A DNA stretch of 64,000 bases. Origin: Parasitella parasitica NRRL 2501 (Eukaryota; Fungi; Mucoromycota). The notes beneath the pieces are model-generated. The model saw only the letters and a program-made list of their open reading frames with translations. It was not told the DNA's origin and searched no databases. The position numbers and the translations under genes were made by a program. Shown piece by piece: positions 36,612 to 53,388 of the stretch. The first letter of the stretch is position 1, and the number at the start of each line of letters is the position of its first letter. The stretch is from the NCBI GenBank assembly GCA_025201805.1, contig MU619289.1, forward strand, positions 99,357 to 163,356, read 5' to 3'.

Positions 36612-39600
36612 TTATTCATAGACACCGCCTAATACATCAGTTTGTGCTAGTGCCAACAACATAGGATCGTCGAAATACTTATTTATACTAACATCTTCAG
36701 AAAGACCCTTTCTTCTTCTTGTCTTGACCATGAAATCTCTTGCTAAATGTTGAGCAGGGCTAGCTTCAAGAGGACGAAGCACAATACTTGTATCCAATGG
36801 ATCTCCAGGTACAATCTGCCAGTGATCAAAGATTTGTTGACAAAATGCCTGGCCCTCAGTATGCGTTCTAAGATCTGTTTCGAAGCCACAAGAGTCAATC
36901 ACGGGAATATATGCCTTGACAGTATATAATGGTGATCCAGGCTTAGGAATATCTTGAGTGACGTGACCTCTGTAAGGATTATTTGTTTTGATATCAGGAC
37001 AAGACGTTATATATGTATATATAATTTGTTTACCTTCGTCGTTGTAAAACTGCATAAACTGCAGATACACAATCGGCCGGTGCTTGAATCTCGACATAAT
37101 ATACAGGCTCCATCAAGCGAGGTGTTGCCTAGTAAGTTTGAATATTAGCGCAATGTAATATGTTTGCATACTTGAACGACTTACAGTCAAGAAGGATGAG
37201 TAGCACACACGACGTGCAGTGGGGATAATTTGTCCTCCGCCTCTATAGATGGGTTCATTTGCTAACACAGCGTCTAGGATTTTGAATTTAACATTACGAA
37301 TAGCTATCCATAGGAAAGATTAGTTATATACATTATGTGCAGTAGCTTTAGGCATTTACGTTCATCACAAAGAGGCCCTTCTCTTGTGCCCCATTGAAAG
37401 CCTTGACGAATAGAGTCTTTCACTGAGTATAATAGCTTTTTGTCCACCTCAGAGGGCAATGTGTCATCCATCAAGAGATTTGGGCCCATATCATCAGGAC
37501 CAAATGCCCAAACTGATCTTGAGGCAAGGACGTCCCAGCCATGTTTTGTCTCCAAGTAACCACCCAACTTACTCTTGGGCCAGCGAATACTTATGTCTCC
37601 ATTTTCAATTTCTTCTGCGATTTCTTTCTCAAGAGGCTCGGCAATAAAGGTCAATTTGTTCCTATAAAATTGTCAATAATTGCCCGTCTATATGTCTATA
37701 ATGCCTATAGGCATATATATATGGTAATAGAAGGAGGTCAACTTACTTTTTGTTTGGTGTTTCAGCAAAACATTTTAATGCAGATGTCTCCACGACAGTT
37801 TCACAAAATCTCACAACGGGGTCAGACACCTTGAGCTCAATTTCTGCGTACATGCGACGGAGATCATGCAATACACAATCCAAATATAATTCACCTGTGC
37901 CTAATACAATGTGTTCACCGGATTCCTCCACTTTGGTAGTAACAATAGGATAGCTCTTGTTGATTTTACGAAGGCCGTCCAGCATTTTAGGCAACTCTGA
38001 GGGATTAACAGGTTCAATAGCGACTTTAAGCGTGGCCGCTGTAGGGAAACGAAGCGGTTTGAAAATATATGCATCTTCTTTTGGCTTTTGATCGACAATC
38101 GTAGCTGTTTTCATAATAGAACTATCAACACCACCTAACAGTACCCAGCCACCAGCGGGAACTCCCTCTACCTGGACACGATATCTAGACTCAAAAAGCC
38201 ATGTATTCTCTACTTTTTGCATTGTCATATCTTCCTCATCCTCGACCGAATATCCTTCTCCCAAGACACGTACAATTTGTCCAGCTTTGATACTACCACT
38301 AAATACTCTTCCAAAAGCATGGAACTCTGTACTATGTTCATTGTTGAAGAGTTTGGTAACTTGCACCATAAGAGGTCCTTCCGCATCGCAATTGATCATA
38401 GATGCAACTGTTGCTGAGTTCATGGGCCCAGTATAAAAGCGTTCGACTTTGTGTGCGGCATTCTCAATAGGGGAAGGGATGTGCTTGGCAACCATCTCTA
38501 CAAAAGAACCAGCCAGGCCAAAGAACTGCGTCAAAACCAAATGAAGTAAGGGCTTTACGTTCAAGTCATAATCCTTGGCTTTCAAGTAGATACCCAAAGA
38601 ACGCAGTGTTTTTTTGAGCTCATCTGAACTTTCACCGAGAACTTGAGCATATATCTTGTAAAGAGGCTCTAGAATGAAATGAACAAATGAGCGTTTGCTG
38701 GCTCCATTTTGCGATTTGCGGTTGAATGAACCCTTTTCAGGGTTAAAGTAGATGTCGCCCCAAAGACGTTTAGCAAATTCATTTCCATCAAATTCGGCCT
38801 CGTAAGAATCAGCATAAAGTTTTGAAAATGACTTGAGTGAAAAGATCCAGCCTGTTTGACTTGAAGCAAAGCAAACATTACCTAATTCAGGCGAAAGGCG
38901 AACATGACTTCCACCAGGTACAGAGCTAAAAAAAAAAAGAAAAGAGAGGTTTTTTTTGTTCATTCCTCGTTTGAATTGCAAATTGTCACAATATAAACAT
39001 ACCGAATGACAGTATTCACCTCTTCTATGGTATGGCGTAATTTATAATAAGCATCGGCAGGCGGCAATTTCAGTTCCAAAATCAAACGATCAACTTTGTT
39101 TATGACCAAGGTCATAGCAAGGCCCTCTCGAACACAGTGCTTAATCACTTGTTCGGTACTCACCATAACACCTTCAACCACATCAACGACAATAACGACA
39201 CCATCGGCTAAACGTGTTGCTGCAACAACTTCATCAATGAAATTAGTGTGCCCAGGTGTGTCCAAAATATTGAGTAAATATGATTTTTCCTTGATATCCT
39301 GCATCACCAAGGTAACAGGCATACTTTTGATAGATACACCGCGCTCTCTTTCCAAAATATGTGTATCGGTATAACGTTCAGGCTGCTCGACATTGATTGA
39401 AATATCGTGTGTTTCTGAAATCAGCATATCTACGAATGATGTTTTGCCATGATGGAGATGGCCAACAACTGCAATGTTTCTAATCAAATCTGGATGGTTC
39501 ATCAGGTCTGACATGTATCTAATTTTGTGCGATTTTAATGAATGGTGGCGAGTTTGTACAGGCAAGTATATGTATATATACATATATATATGTAAAAAAA

Positions 39601-40079
39601 AAAGGATAGCTTACTCTTTACTGTAATGTGTCTCTGGCAGATCGGTTTCGGTTACATTGAACTTTCTAACTTTGATGGGTGCAATGATAGGTTCAGACAA
39701 TGGCTGCGTATCTTCTTCTTGGACCATAGTTTCTACTTCTTCGCCGTACACTTCTTCAGCAGAAGGATAGTACTTTTTCTCTTCGTGCAATACAATCTGA
39801 TTAGCAGGAATATCTAATGAGCAAAGCACGCGTGTGCCATATGAGAAAAACTGTACACTCAAGATACAGAGGGATTGCAACAGTTTGCCTACCATCTATT
39901 TGCATCATAGAATCCTCGTCGGCCTGCTCATTTGGCTGTTGTTGACCCCCCCGAGCAATGTCATCGTCGTCTTCGTCATCGATGTGTTCATCCTCTTGCT
40001 CTTCCATCAAATTCTCATCATCATCGTCGAGATCAGGGCCGAGGTAGTTACCAAACTCGTCATAAAGTGAGTCATCCAT
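36612..40079 (-). CDS. SNU114: U5 snRNP GTPase Snu114/EFTUD2
   Basis: [83 protein letters not shown]. Confidence 0.98.
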
Positions 40080-42853
40080 TGTTAATATCCCAAAAAGTTC
40101 GCGTTGAGCTACGTCTATAAAAGGGAGAGTCAAATGAAAAGAGGAGGAAAGAAATTTTTTGACAATTGGCCCTTTTGCTTCGCAAGCCCACGTCATATGT
40201 GACTAGTGCAGATGCACATGTTGAGAGCTCCATGCCTACATCCTTCCAAAGATACTGTACCTGAATAGCCCCAGTGAACATCAGGAAAGTCAATAGATCA
40301 AAAGCTCAATTGACTATAAAACACTTTTTTTTTTTTTTTGGGATCTAGACAAAGAAATTGCACTGCAAGCTGATCAAAGGATTCGGAATTAGCCATCTGA
40401 GCTGAGCAAGTCATTCACTTTTGCTCCATGGCAGATAAAACGAAGATATGACACGTTACTTATCCAGGCTACAATGACGATATACAACCTTATTCCGCTT
40501 AATTTATGTGAAAGCCAGTTTGAAAAGACATTGTGTTTACAATAAGCGTATAGCAGCACTCAAAGTTGCTTGGAATGCATACAGGATCGTTCCTATTAGA
40601 TCCAGGATTCTAAATACCTGCATAGTAACCCAAAATGCCCATTAAATGCTTTATTTAAACATTTAGTTTTTGTTTGAAAAATTTCGCCTTTTGGAACAAT
40701 ATGTACTATTCGCTCTATTTCTATAACATGAATACTGTAGCTATTACGTATATATTATATAAATTCTATCAAGATATCACATGAAAAGGAGGCAAAAAAA
40801 ACCTTTTGTTTCTGAACTACTTGAAATTTACATACAGTAGACATAGTTCAATCAATGAAACTTTGCTTTTGCATTCGAAACCACAATTTTAAGCTGAGGG
40901 AAACATTGCTGCTTAGGTGTTTTTTGAACCTCAAAAAATTGCATAGAATACAAGCCTAGGAAACCAATTGTCTTCCAGAGGCAAAGATATTCCCAATTGA
41001 ATCAAAAATTGTTTATGGAGATGTCAGCCATGAAACATGATTTTGATTTTGTGCTCTTCGGAGCAAAAAGGTTGCTTCTTGGCTTTTATAATTGGTATCT
41101 TTAAATCAAGTTATATTGATGACAACTCTACAATATCTATTGAGATATGTCCAACTTGTGAAATCGCAGATCTGAGTCCCTTATGCACCCTCATGAAAAA
41201 TCAGGGGAAAATTTGACGATGTCCGTGTTTGACACATTTTTACTAGTGTCTTGCTCAAAATCCAATATTTTTTCATGAAAAAAAAAAAACGCATCATATA
41301 GCTGTTGAAGTCTATTTGACATTTACTGGTATTCAAAGTGGTCTTGTTTATAAATTATGCCACTATTTTATTAAATTGATAAAACTAGGCAAACATTGTG
41401 AAAAAAAAATTGGAATGGCTTGGGATCAATTCGTATGTGCTAAAAAAAACACTAAAAAGCAGACATAGTTTTAATAGTAATCAGGTTGCTTTTTTGGGGA
41501 GAGGTCAACTGTCAAGATAGCATCATTCCAAGCGGGAAAGAATTAATCATTTAAATTCTCAAGTGTCCACTTCATACCTGTCATAATGCTTAGTGTAGAC
41601 GACTAAAATATATCTGTTTGTTTTTGTTTCATCCAAAAACATCAACTTTCCACCGAGAAATCACAATATTTATCATACCCCTTACTATATGTACCAGCAT
41701 ATAGTTTTATTAATTTCTGCATGGAAAATCCAGCTCTACCATATACATACCAATTAGTGCATTTATACACAAACAAGTTTTTTTAAAAAAGAGAGAAAGT
41801 GTTTTATCAAGTGCATTGTATGGTTGTATGGAAAGAGAATTAAATTTGTCAAGAATAATAAAGTTGTATCATATAATACCGAGATATCTGTACATGCAGA
41901 TGAATATGTATATACATGTACATGAACAATGACCCTTGTGATATGTATGTAGTTTAGAAAGCTTACTTGAGTTGAAAGGTACATGGCTCCATCGGTTAAC
42001 GAGGTTTAGCTTTCAGATTTAGTGGTACTACTTTACTCCTTACAAACAAGCTTTGATGCTGGAATTTGGATTCATTGCCTCAATATGCCTTGTATGTTTG
42101 TTGGCTGCCAGGCTTGAACATGATAAGATACTGAAGCCCGTTTCTGTTACTGCTGCATACCTTTCAAGGATTGGGTCGATTTCGTCTTTATTGTCAAGCC
42201 TGGAAAATGCTTGCCACGGAACGAATGATTAAGAAAAACCGAGGCGCATGTTCAAAAAATGCATGTATGGAGTAAAAGTAGACATGGAAAATGCTGAGGT
42301 TTGCCTAAAACAAAGCTTTATCGAATCAAATCAATGATCAACAGACCAAAAAGGCAGGAGGTGTACAATCGGCAAGCTATAAACTAGTAAACTTTGAATC
42401 TCTTGTACATTACTGCTTCAGATGAAATGAAGAAGCTCCATTGAGCATGAGAGCGTACCTATTTTCTGACGAGTCATTCAGCTTGGGGGCCACCTTACAT
42501 ATTTGTAATTAATAGGGAGGATATGTGTAATGTGCCCAAAAGAAATCAAGCATCATCTTGGCTTCTCAATGATGGTGGTGATGATGATATCACTTGTGAA
42601 TATGTATATAAATGTACTGTTTTATATGTACAACGTTCGTATTCCCTCAATTGTCAGCATTGCGCGTGTTCACACACTTTTTAATAAGAACAATTCATTT
42701 TTCTTTATTTCTTCTTTCCTTTCCCCTTTTCCGTTGTCTTTTCAACTGTTTAAAATAAAGGAGGGTTTATTGAAATAAGAAAATCTATATACACATAGTT
42801 TCCCTTTTTTATTCCTTTTCCTTTTTCTCTTATAATCTTTACACATCTTTCCA

Positions 42854-44483
<1,630 letters not shown>

Positions 44484-47400
44484 TAATTAAAATTATATTT
44501 CAAATGTATGTAAATTCACTATCGCAACAATATCACAGATTAAAAACACACACATATTGCAGAGCATTAATACATCCTCCACTCATCAGACAGCAAAATT
44601 TATATACAACCATATATCAGCCATGATTTTATTCCCTTATTTCTACTCATTCTTCCCCCATACCCTCTTATATCTTATTTTATAAAATTACGCTATACCA
44701 GCACTTTCCTCCCCCCCCCCAAAAAAAAAACTAGAGACAAGGAGTAAAAATAATATCATGATGGCAACACAATAACAATGAAAAACGACTATCCTTTTTA
44801 ACAATACCAATCAGCACATTTGACGACCTCAAATGACGTTATATAAAGGCCAAACTAAGACGGACATACCGAATAGCATGCAGTGACCTTATCAGAGGAT
44901 GGGCCTGGCGACATCCACAACAAAGCAGGCGTCTATAGATGAAGCCAGCAGTTGTGATGGTGCAATTTACATATCTGTAAATGCTCTCGCAACAATCAAA
45001 CAGCATGCTTTCTTCCTTTGCTAATGATGCGTTTATGTATGCTGTCCCTTGTCACTCAATACACATGAAACAGCATTTTGAACAATTACTGTTTATGGAA
45101 TCACACTTCACCAAGCTTGATTATCATAAGACTAGCATAAAACTTATGAGCTGAAATTCAATGATACTAATATAATATCGGCTCGAACCCCAATCAAAGC
45201 GACCACGCTACTCAGTTCTTAAAATGCAATCAGAGGATGTCCTGTTTTCATCTTCTGCGTAATTGACACAGTTTTAGATGCATTTTATATTCTTTTCCCT
45301 CTTCTCCTCGCGCTATTATCTTAGATTTATTTTATCNNNNNNNNNNCTGTTTTCATCTTCTGCGTAATTGACACAGTTTTAGATGCATTTTATATTCTTT
45401 TCCCTCTTCTCCTCGCGCTATTATCTTAGATTTATTTTATCTTTTTCTTTTCAGTATAATTATCCTTATCCATATTTTCACATTGTTGAGCACCGCTTCT
45501 GATGGTCATTTAAAAAAAAAAATCAAAGCGACAGAGCGAGCCCTGTGCCAAGCTGCATCATCATCGCGAACGAAATAACGGTATGCTACGGAGGCTTCGG
45601 CGGGAGAGAATCAAATGACACAAAAAAGGGTGCGCAGTAATACCTTTTCAGCGAATGGGGGAATTATGAGAAAGAAGCATCCGATCAAGATCACAAAAGA
45701 TCAAGTCAATATTTGAGGTAAAAAGTACTAAAATTCCCAATTTACAGAGGGTGGGAGGATCCATGTAGAGAACCTAGAGCATGAAATTCTGCCCAAAATG
45801 GTAGAACCGAAGCTGCCCATTGAGATGCTAATTGTTAGCAAACACATTCACATCATCAATCAATTAGATATTACCATTCAATCCTCGAAGATTAATGCAC
45901 CAATGTCACAAATATGCCAGAGTTAATGCCGGTCAAAGACACCTTGTTCATACCATCAAAATCTCCATTACTGTTTGCCATCGTTGAATTTGGTAAAAAC
46001 CTTACCTCCTGATCGTTTGTGTCACCATTTTATACATATCAGGATAATCATCTCCTTATATACAGTAAATATGCACAGTGTATTATAATTATTGTGCAAC
46101 AGTGATAGGGAGGAGGAGCAATTAAGCTCATATGACGTAAATCAGATGGGAGAAATAATAACATTGGCAGTGTCCTGAATGCCAAAGATTGCATATTTTG
46201 TCATTTAATAAATTTGTAGTTTTTAGACACTTTTTCAACACAAATTTGGAGACAGAGATTCAAGAAGAGGTGCACACGAACATAAAAATTGACCCGTACG
46301 AGTTTCCTTTGGATAAATCAATGAGTGGAAAACAATTACCACAATTATATTTGGAATCGACAAAGGTTCGCTACAGCGCTAGTTGCTCCCACGGAGGTTG
46401 GGATGCCCCGAAGCGCATCAAATGCCTTGAAATGACCATGAAATTAGGTTTTTTTTAACAAAGCAAAGCGAGGGCCAAAAAAAACAGCATGTTTGATATG
46501 TATAATCAGCTTATAACCTCACCTATCTACAACATTTACAATGAGACCGGCTTTTTGTAATGAATATTGCAAGCAACCACTGAATGGTTCTAAATAAGAA
46601 ATGCATTAGAGGCATGTAGTCTTGACACATATAATTGGCATCTAGTGCTTAGTCAACATACTGTTTCGCTGCAATTTAGATTATTGTTAATACTAGCTAC
46701 TTTTTCATCCAATAAACCAAAATCATTTCAAGTGCTCTTCCCAAACCAAACAGCCACACAAGACCCAAAAGGTTTCAAGTAGCAGTAGATCAACTCCTCC
46801 CCATCCAATTTTGGTTTCAGGCTGTTTCGAGTACCACTCTTTTTACCAAGAGAATGGGGAATAGCCGATTCAACAAAGCTGGCTACTGAAGGTCAGAAGA
46901 TATAGCTGGATGTGTATTGCTAGAGAATCAATCAAAATTCGGCCTCATACAAGGCTCCGAGCTTTAGTATAGAGTATTAGTGTCTATGATAGTATTACCA
47001 TAGATAGATCAATGAACACACTTGTTCACTCTGACAGCCTCAAAGATGCACGACGCGCTGACATTTCACTAATTCTTGCTTACAAACATTGTCGCTCTTA
47101 CATCGTCCACACAATACCAACCTGTCTATAGCAGAGCTCTATAACTGGCATACATCAAATTAATTGATTAATTTACCCATATCGTCTTTAAAAATGAATT
47201 TTGGTATGCTGATGTATGGTATTTCTCCTGTGCCGTAACTTTTTAATTCGGCTTGACAGTTTGAAACCGTTGGTCTTCCTGGATAGAGACTAGACATCTC
47301 TATGGAACTGTTTGGAGGAATAGTGGTAGATGAATGCAGCAAAGTGAGTCTGTGAGATGTAGATTTGATTCAATAAAGTCATGGGCAATATTTTGATATT

Positions 47401-49197
47401 TTATATCAAAAACACTGCTTTTTGCTGATTATTCTGGATCCAACTCGCCACGCCCTCATATGAGATCATATAAAGGAGTAGCAATAGTGCAGAAGAATAC
47501 ATTTGTGGGGATATGGATTTGATTCAGAATAGTTATGGGTCATACTCTCGTTAATTTTTGTAAATATCGCATTAAATCATTGTTCGATTCACTGTTTTCA
47601 ACAGCATCGGGTGTTTGATGCAGTTAAGATGCCTATATTTGTATTTTTTTATTGACTTTTATGCATGAACGATGACAAAGGAATAGTTAATGTTGGATTC
47701 AGTCATGTTTTTATGCTTCTATTTAGCAAATATGCATAGTCATTGTCAATTATATCCAAGTTTGATCGTTCCACACATCGATTATGGCTAAGACGCATTG
47801 TATCAGGTGTTACAAATATGCGCATGTCAATTCATGTACTTTAAGCTGTCTGCATGTTGGATTAACAAGAAAGTACGCAAAATCAACTTTAATGTTGGTT
47901 GATATACACACCTTGTGCAACAATTCCAACTGTACATATACAAGTTGCTAAAATGTGTGCGACATTTTGTTAAACCATGAGTGCACCATGCTCTTGAGGT
48001 GCTGCTCAACTATAATCATGTGTTTTACCACGGAGGATATGATATGTCGATCTCCATCATTGTTATACCTAAATAGTTAGTTCATCAAAACTACTATTTA
48101 CATGCCCCGCTGGGTTATCATTGTTTGACCGTAGTAGACGTTTGATCTTGTTGCTTGGCACCAAGGCCTTTTGTAGTTGACCAACTCAAAGAAGAGCTGC
48201 TTCAATTCCATGATGAGGATGAAGCAGACAATTAATTGAAATTCTTGTTCCTCTTACAAAACAGTAAGTTGTGTTTATAGGTTTTCTACTGGACTCAATA
48301 GATCACAGTTTCTTGATTGCGTCTTTCTCTCTTGATAGTTCCATGCGACCTATTCACACGGAGTAGTCAACAAAGACTGTTTCTTATAAAATTCTTCGTT
48401 ATTTGTATCTTCAAGTAGCATTTATAGATCTGGCAAAAGTATAAAAAGTCTATAAGCGTGTCAAATTGGTATATCTTGCTTATATTATTGTAACTGACGG
48501 AAAACTTGAGTTCTGTGCTGTATCGAGATAATTAACATGGCATGGCATCTAAAAGTCTATTTTTTTTATAGCTAATGCAACATACGGCAGACCTCAGAGT
48601 GTATCATAAAGCATAAAATTATATGCATTTACAACTAGTTGAATAGAAAATATGTCGTACATAAGCATCAAGATACAATGATGTAACTGTTTTTGCGTAA
48701 ATCTATGTACTTTGCTTGAAATATCAACGTGCTTCAATTGAGAACAGCATCCAAGGATTCAGGAATTATTCTTTTGAAGCCTTGTAAGTGCTACAGATTG
48801 CCATGGTAATTACAGCTCAATCAAGTAGCCATGCCATTGCTACACTTTGTGGCAGCATACATTGCCCCTGTATGCTGTTCGAGAAATGTCTCTGGTGGCC
48901 ATATGTTATTCTATACACAATCATGGTATATCTGTCAAGATAAACTAAAAGCCAAGATGATGCATAATTCATGTTATTAGACCAAGTTTAGCGATTTTAC
49001 TGGTGCCCTCACAAAAATTGATGTTTTCGTTGTAATTATGCTTTGTTTTGTATCATACAACGAGAAAACAAAAGATTTAGATATATTAGTCATCCTTTAT
49101 TATTATAAAGCTACGCGTGGGGTTATTGAATTTAAGAAGAGAGGGTCTCTTCCAGAGGATGGGTATTTACAAGTCATATACATATGTTATAGTATAT

Positions 49198-49911
49198 TTA
49201 TGAATGACGCTTGAAATACTGTAGCAATCGTTTTGAGAAGGAAGGCTTCTTTTGTTGACCTCCTGGCACCATGTTAAGCACTGGAGTAAAAGGATAGTCG
49301 TGATCTAATTTTGATTTTTTGGGTAAATGGAACACATTCATAAACGACTTGAATGAACTGAACGATGATGTTGAATTTCTCTTTGTCAGTGTTTGATTGA
49401 TACTGATATTTCTCACATATGTGGGTTGTTGGCGGAACGAGTTGGCATCTTCCGATGACATTGTTGCACAGGATGATATAGTTGACTCGATCAGAACTGG
49501 CGCAACCTTGGAGAACTTGGTCAAGCCCGGAAGAAAGGTAACACCATGATAATGATCTTCTATCGTCACCATGCCATCATCATTGTCTTCTTCTTCGTCA
49601 CTATTGCTGCTTCTGCTGGAGATATCTTCAAGGTCGGGCAAAGATAATTGATCATCTGTCATACGGAGATTGCTGTCATGCCATGATTCTGAGCATTGGT
49701 CAAGCAAGTCCAAGGTCGTGGCATCTGCGAGCTTTTCTTGCGGCAATAGCTCTGCAATTTGATTAGGTGTTATCAGTAGGTCATTACTATTCAACATTGC
49801 ATTGAAAAATTCCTGGAAAATCCAGTCTGTAGCTTCAGGGAGCTTAGTGGTTGGACATGCTGCTAGTTTGGACATGTTGGAAGCGGAGGGAAATGTTGTT
49901 GAGCCAGCCAT
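49198..49911 (-). CDS. Hypothetical single-exon Ser/acidic-rich protein (about 237 aa)
   Basis: Uninterrupted ORF from ATG (MAGSTTFP...) with TATATAAAAG about 75 nt upstream; no recognisable domain. Confidence 0.7.
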   Translation of the reverse strand: MAGSTTFPSASNMSKLAACPTTKLPEATDWIFQEFFNAMLNSNDLLITPNQIAELLPQEKLADATTLDLLDQCSESWHDSNLRMTDDQLSLPDLEDISSRSSNSDEEEDNDDGMVTIEDHYHGVTFLPGLTKFSKVAPVLIESTISSCATMSSEDANSFRQQPTYVRNISINQTLTKRNSTSSFSSFKSFMNVFHLPKKSKLDHDYPFTPVLNMVPGGQQKKPSFSKRLLQYFKRHS

Positions 49912-50860
49912 TTGTGTGTAGATGTACGTGGTAAAATATAGAGAAAGTGATAAAAGCAATAAGATCAAAATTGGAAGAATCCCTTTTATATACTCGCTGT
50001 TCCTAGAAAAATAAAAAAATTAAAAAAAAAAGAAACACTCAGAAAGAAATGAGTATACCCGCGTGTCAAACGCATGTATTTATCGTAGATAATTAACCGT
50101 TACAACGTGTTTTCAAATCAGTGCACGCTCATTACATTGTATAATGGCGTAGTAGTAGTAGCATGGGTTACACTCATAGTCAGTGTGAGGTTATAAGTTA
50201 TTGTTTAGTGTCACAGTATTTCAGCCAAGTTGGAAATGCTTCAGATTGTATGCGTTTTTCCATGTATCACAATACGGCTTAAACTAACTGCTGCTTATCA
50301 ACCCCAAAATACCAAAACATGCAAGAAATTCAGTTCGAGTTTCTATAGATATTTGTCATTACTGATCAGGTTTATGCCTTTATTTCGATTATCCCAGAAA
50401 GGCGTACAGCTGGATAAAGGATTGATACTCCAACTACCTTATTCTAGCAGAGCAGTTGCTCATTTTTGGCTCGTTAACAAGGATAAAGTGTGAAATTTAT
50501 AGCTTGCTGATTAGCAAATATATCATATATTGATCATAGATAGACATCATATGAGGATACACCTACTAAACAGAAATGAAACGTTTTTTCTAACAGTTAG
50601 ATTCTTACCAGAATCAGACACTTATTACAAAACACTGCTCTCCGCGTCATTGTCATGTAATTTTCTACTGGTGGCTATATTCGTCTAGATTCAGATGAAT
50701 TGCTCACAGGCTTCATCAAATATTATATAGCAGCGTAAACATTTGCTTTTAAAGGAAACTGTGATACTGATATTCATAATCCGTATTATCAAAGTAAGAC
50801 ACTTCAAGTATCTTTGCTATTTTGTTTAAAATCAACGTGAATAATCATCGGAAGCTTCCG

Positions 50861-50891
<31 letters not shown>

Positions 50892-51221
50892 CCAAGGGAA
50901 CCAATTTCTTTGCATGCTAATGAACGTCGATCATCCTGTACAGGTCGTGTCATCCATCATCTTGCAATTTTCCGTCTAGAACAACTGCCAATTAATGAGG
51001 ATAATTACCATGTCTATCCAGACGAAGTGAGGCAAATAATTTTTTTATAAACAAAAATGAAATCAACAAGACCACATATTGTTCTTTTCTTTTCTTTATA
51101 TTCATAGCAATTAAAAGGATCATGTGTAACTTCTTGGTTGATTCACTCGTCGATTCATTATAATCGTTATGTCAACAAGGTCTCTTCTTGTTGCTCTTCT
51201 TCTCTTTTTTGTTGATATAAT

Positions 51222-51557
51222 ATGACTCGTAGAAAAAACTCACCAGCAGCCCCAACGATGCACGCTTGCGAACGCCAAGATGCTGCAAAACACCCAGCCT
51301 CGTGCGTGGGGGCCACAACAACAGATGAAATTGATGACATTCACTATGACCAATTTGACAATGCGGAAACTCGCTGTGGTTGCGGTATGGTCTTGGCACA
51401 AGGCTGGGCTTGTGATAACTGCAGAATTAGCTGCCCTGGCTGCAATCGTAGCCTCACTGATGATCCTCAAGACTTTTGCTCTCGCTGTAGCTCTCAATGT
51501 CCAGAGCACGGCCTGTATAAAAACGAGGATTTCAAATCATGCCCTGAATGTGTTTGA
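51222..51557 (+). CDS. Small Cys-rich putative zinc-binding protein (true start may be 51169 via a short intron)
   Basis: RCGCG...WACDNCRISCPGCNR...FCSRCSSQCPEHG...SCPECV*: regular CxxC spacing. Confidence 0.7.
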   Translation: MTRRKNSPAAPTMHACERQDAAKHPASCVGATTTDEIDDIHYDQFDNAETRCGCGMVLAQGWACDNCRISCPGCNRSLTDDPQDFCSRCSSQCPEHGLYKNEDFKSCPECV

Positions 51558-51788
51558 TCAACAATAGTGTAAAATCCCATCTGTACATAGTGCTCGCAAA
51601 TGCGTGTCAATATCTTGAATTGTTACGAATAAATCTATTTGGGCTCATTCTCTGTCTTTAACCTCGGAGATGATGTATTGTATTTTATGCATCCTATTGA
51701 CTTTTTTTCGAGACGGTTTAAGGTATCTGCGGTTGAAAAACCACACTGCCAACGCGCTCCTTTCCTTTTCTTTCTTTTATTGACAAAT

Positions 51789-53356
51789 ATGCTTCAAGTT
51801 GGTTTCATTACACCTTTCAGAATAGTTTTGCTAGTCTTGATTGACAAGTTCTGCAAGTACAGCTTGCATGATTCACTACTACCGAAACTCGCCGTTTACA
51901 TCACAAAGAGTATTCTGGTAAGTGCATACACACTCCCGATTCAAACAGTGAATGCCAAAGATTGACATTTGCCAGAACGAGGAGCACATCAGAAACACCT
52001 GCTCTGAGCCGTCGATGAAAGACATATTTTCAGAAATATCAAACTGGAGTTACAAGAGATATATCATTGAGCCAACATTGCAGGATTTAGAGTTCAAAGT
52101 ATGCACAGCTGACAGCTTTGATTTATAACGGCAAATTGACACTCTCATAGTTGAATTCAATCAAAACACAACATGCCCTTAATGAATTCATGGACTGTAA
52201 GTGATCTACAATGAAAAAACGATCCTAATTTCGTACTACTGCTCACTGATTACGTCAATTGCAACAAAATAGCTCTCAAAAGTTTATTAGATGCTGAATC
52301 AGAGGTACATCTTTTTTTTTTAAAAAAAACCCCTCCCCCCAAAAAAGCAAGGGTATTAATTCTCTGTGTAGGAAGAGCGAGATAAATTGAAAATGGTAAA
52401 TGATGGGTTGCCATACCGTGTAAGCGATTTGATCATTAAACAGCCGTATACGCTAACAGGAGAAAACAAGTGTGATGGGTCTGTTTGTCAGGAAATGCAG
52501 AATTGAGTATACAATATTACCATTTGATCAATTACAGCATATCTTTCAAGCATACCAACAGTACCTCAATGGCGTAGCTGGAGACACCGAATTTGAGAAT
52601 CCAGACAAATCCACACACTGGATTTCTGACTACAATGTAGCCGAGTTCTTGCGATATCAAGCACAGACCATTGAACGAACAGGCACGACCAATATCAGCC
52701 CTCCTGTGCTGCACACCTACTTGGATAAATTTGAAAAGCAAGTGCCCTCCATCAATATCATCCGGCAAGTTCGATACCTCAATTATACCCGAACAAAGGA
52801 ATACATCCAGTCATTATCCCACTTGCATTTTTCGATTGATATGAGCTTGGATAAAGGAGTGTAAGTAGGATATCAACCATTGATCGACTATACAAAGCTA
52901 AACTGTTGGATATGCAGCAATGTACAGTACGCACTGCTGCATCTGGGAATTATGGAATACAAGTTTGGGCATTCATTTAATGCACTATCGGTATGTTTTT
53001 GGAGTGGTAATGGGCGACTCGTACAAAAAAAAAAAAAAAAAAAAAAAAGTAATATTGACTGGATTAGGCCTTGAATGATGCATTATCGGCTGCTAGATCC
53101 AACAAGGACGAGCTATGCTTACAAGAAGTCCAATTGTAAGTCTAGATTCATTCTGTACAGAACAAATAATTAACCGATTGCAAACGCTTAGCTGGATTGA
53201 GGTCTGCAGAAAAAACCACCCCTTCAATGAATTCAGTTCTTATTCAGATAATTATCTGAACAACCTCAAAATACTGACAAGAGCTCGTAACCTACTGCGA
53301 AATGTAAGTGCCTAGACATAAATCCAGACAACCGAAAACTTGGTGTATATAACAAT

Positions 53357-53388
<32 letters not shown>

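Noticed and set aside
45175-45215. Minus-strand GGTTCGAGCC B-box as tRNA or SINE
   Set aside because: No proper T stem, anticodon arm or acceptor stem.
45242-45441. 95-bp direct duplication
   Set aside because: The two identical copies flank a 10-N gap; almost certainly an unmerged contig overlap.
48210-48330. ATGATGA as box C of another snoRNA
   Set aside because: No downstream CTGA with terminal stem or rRNA-complementary guide.
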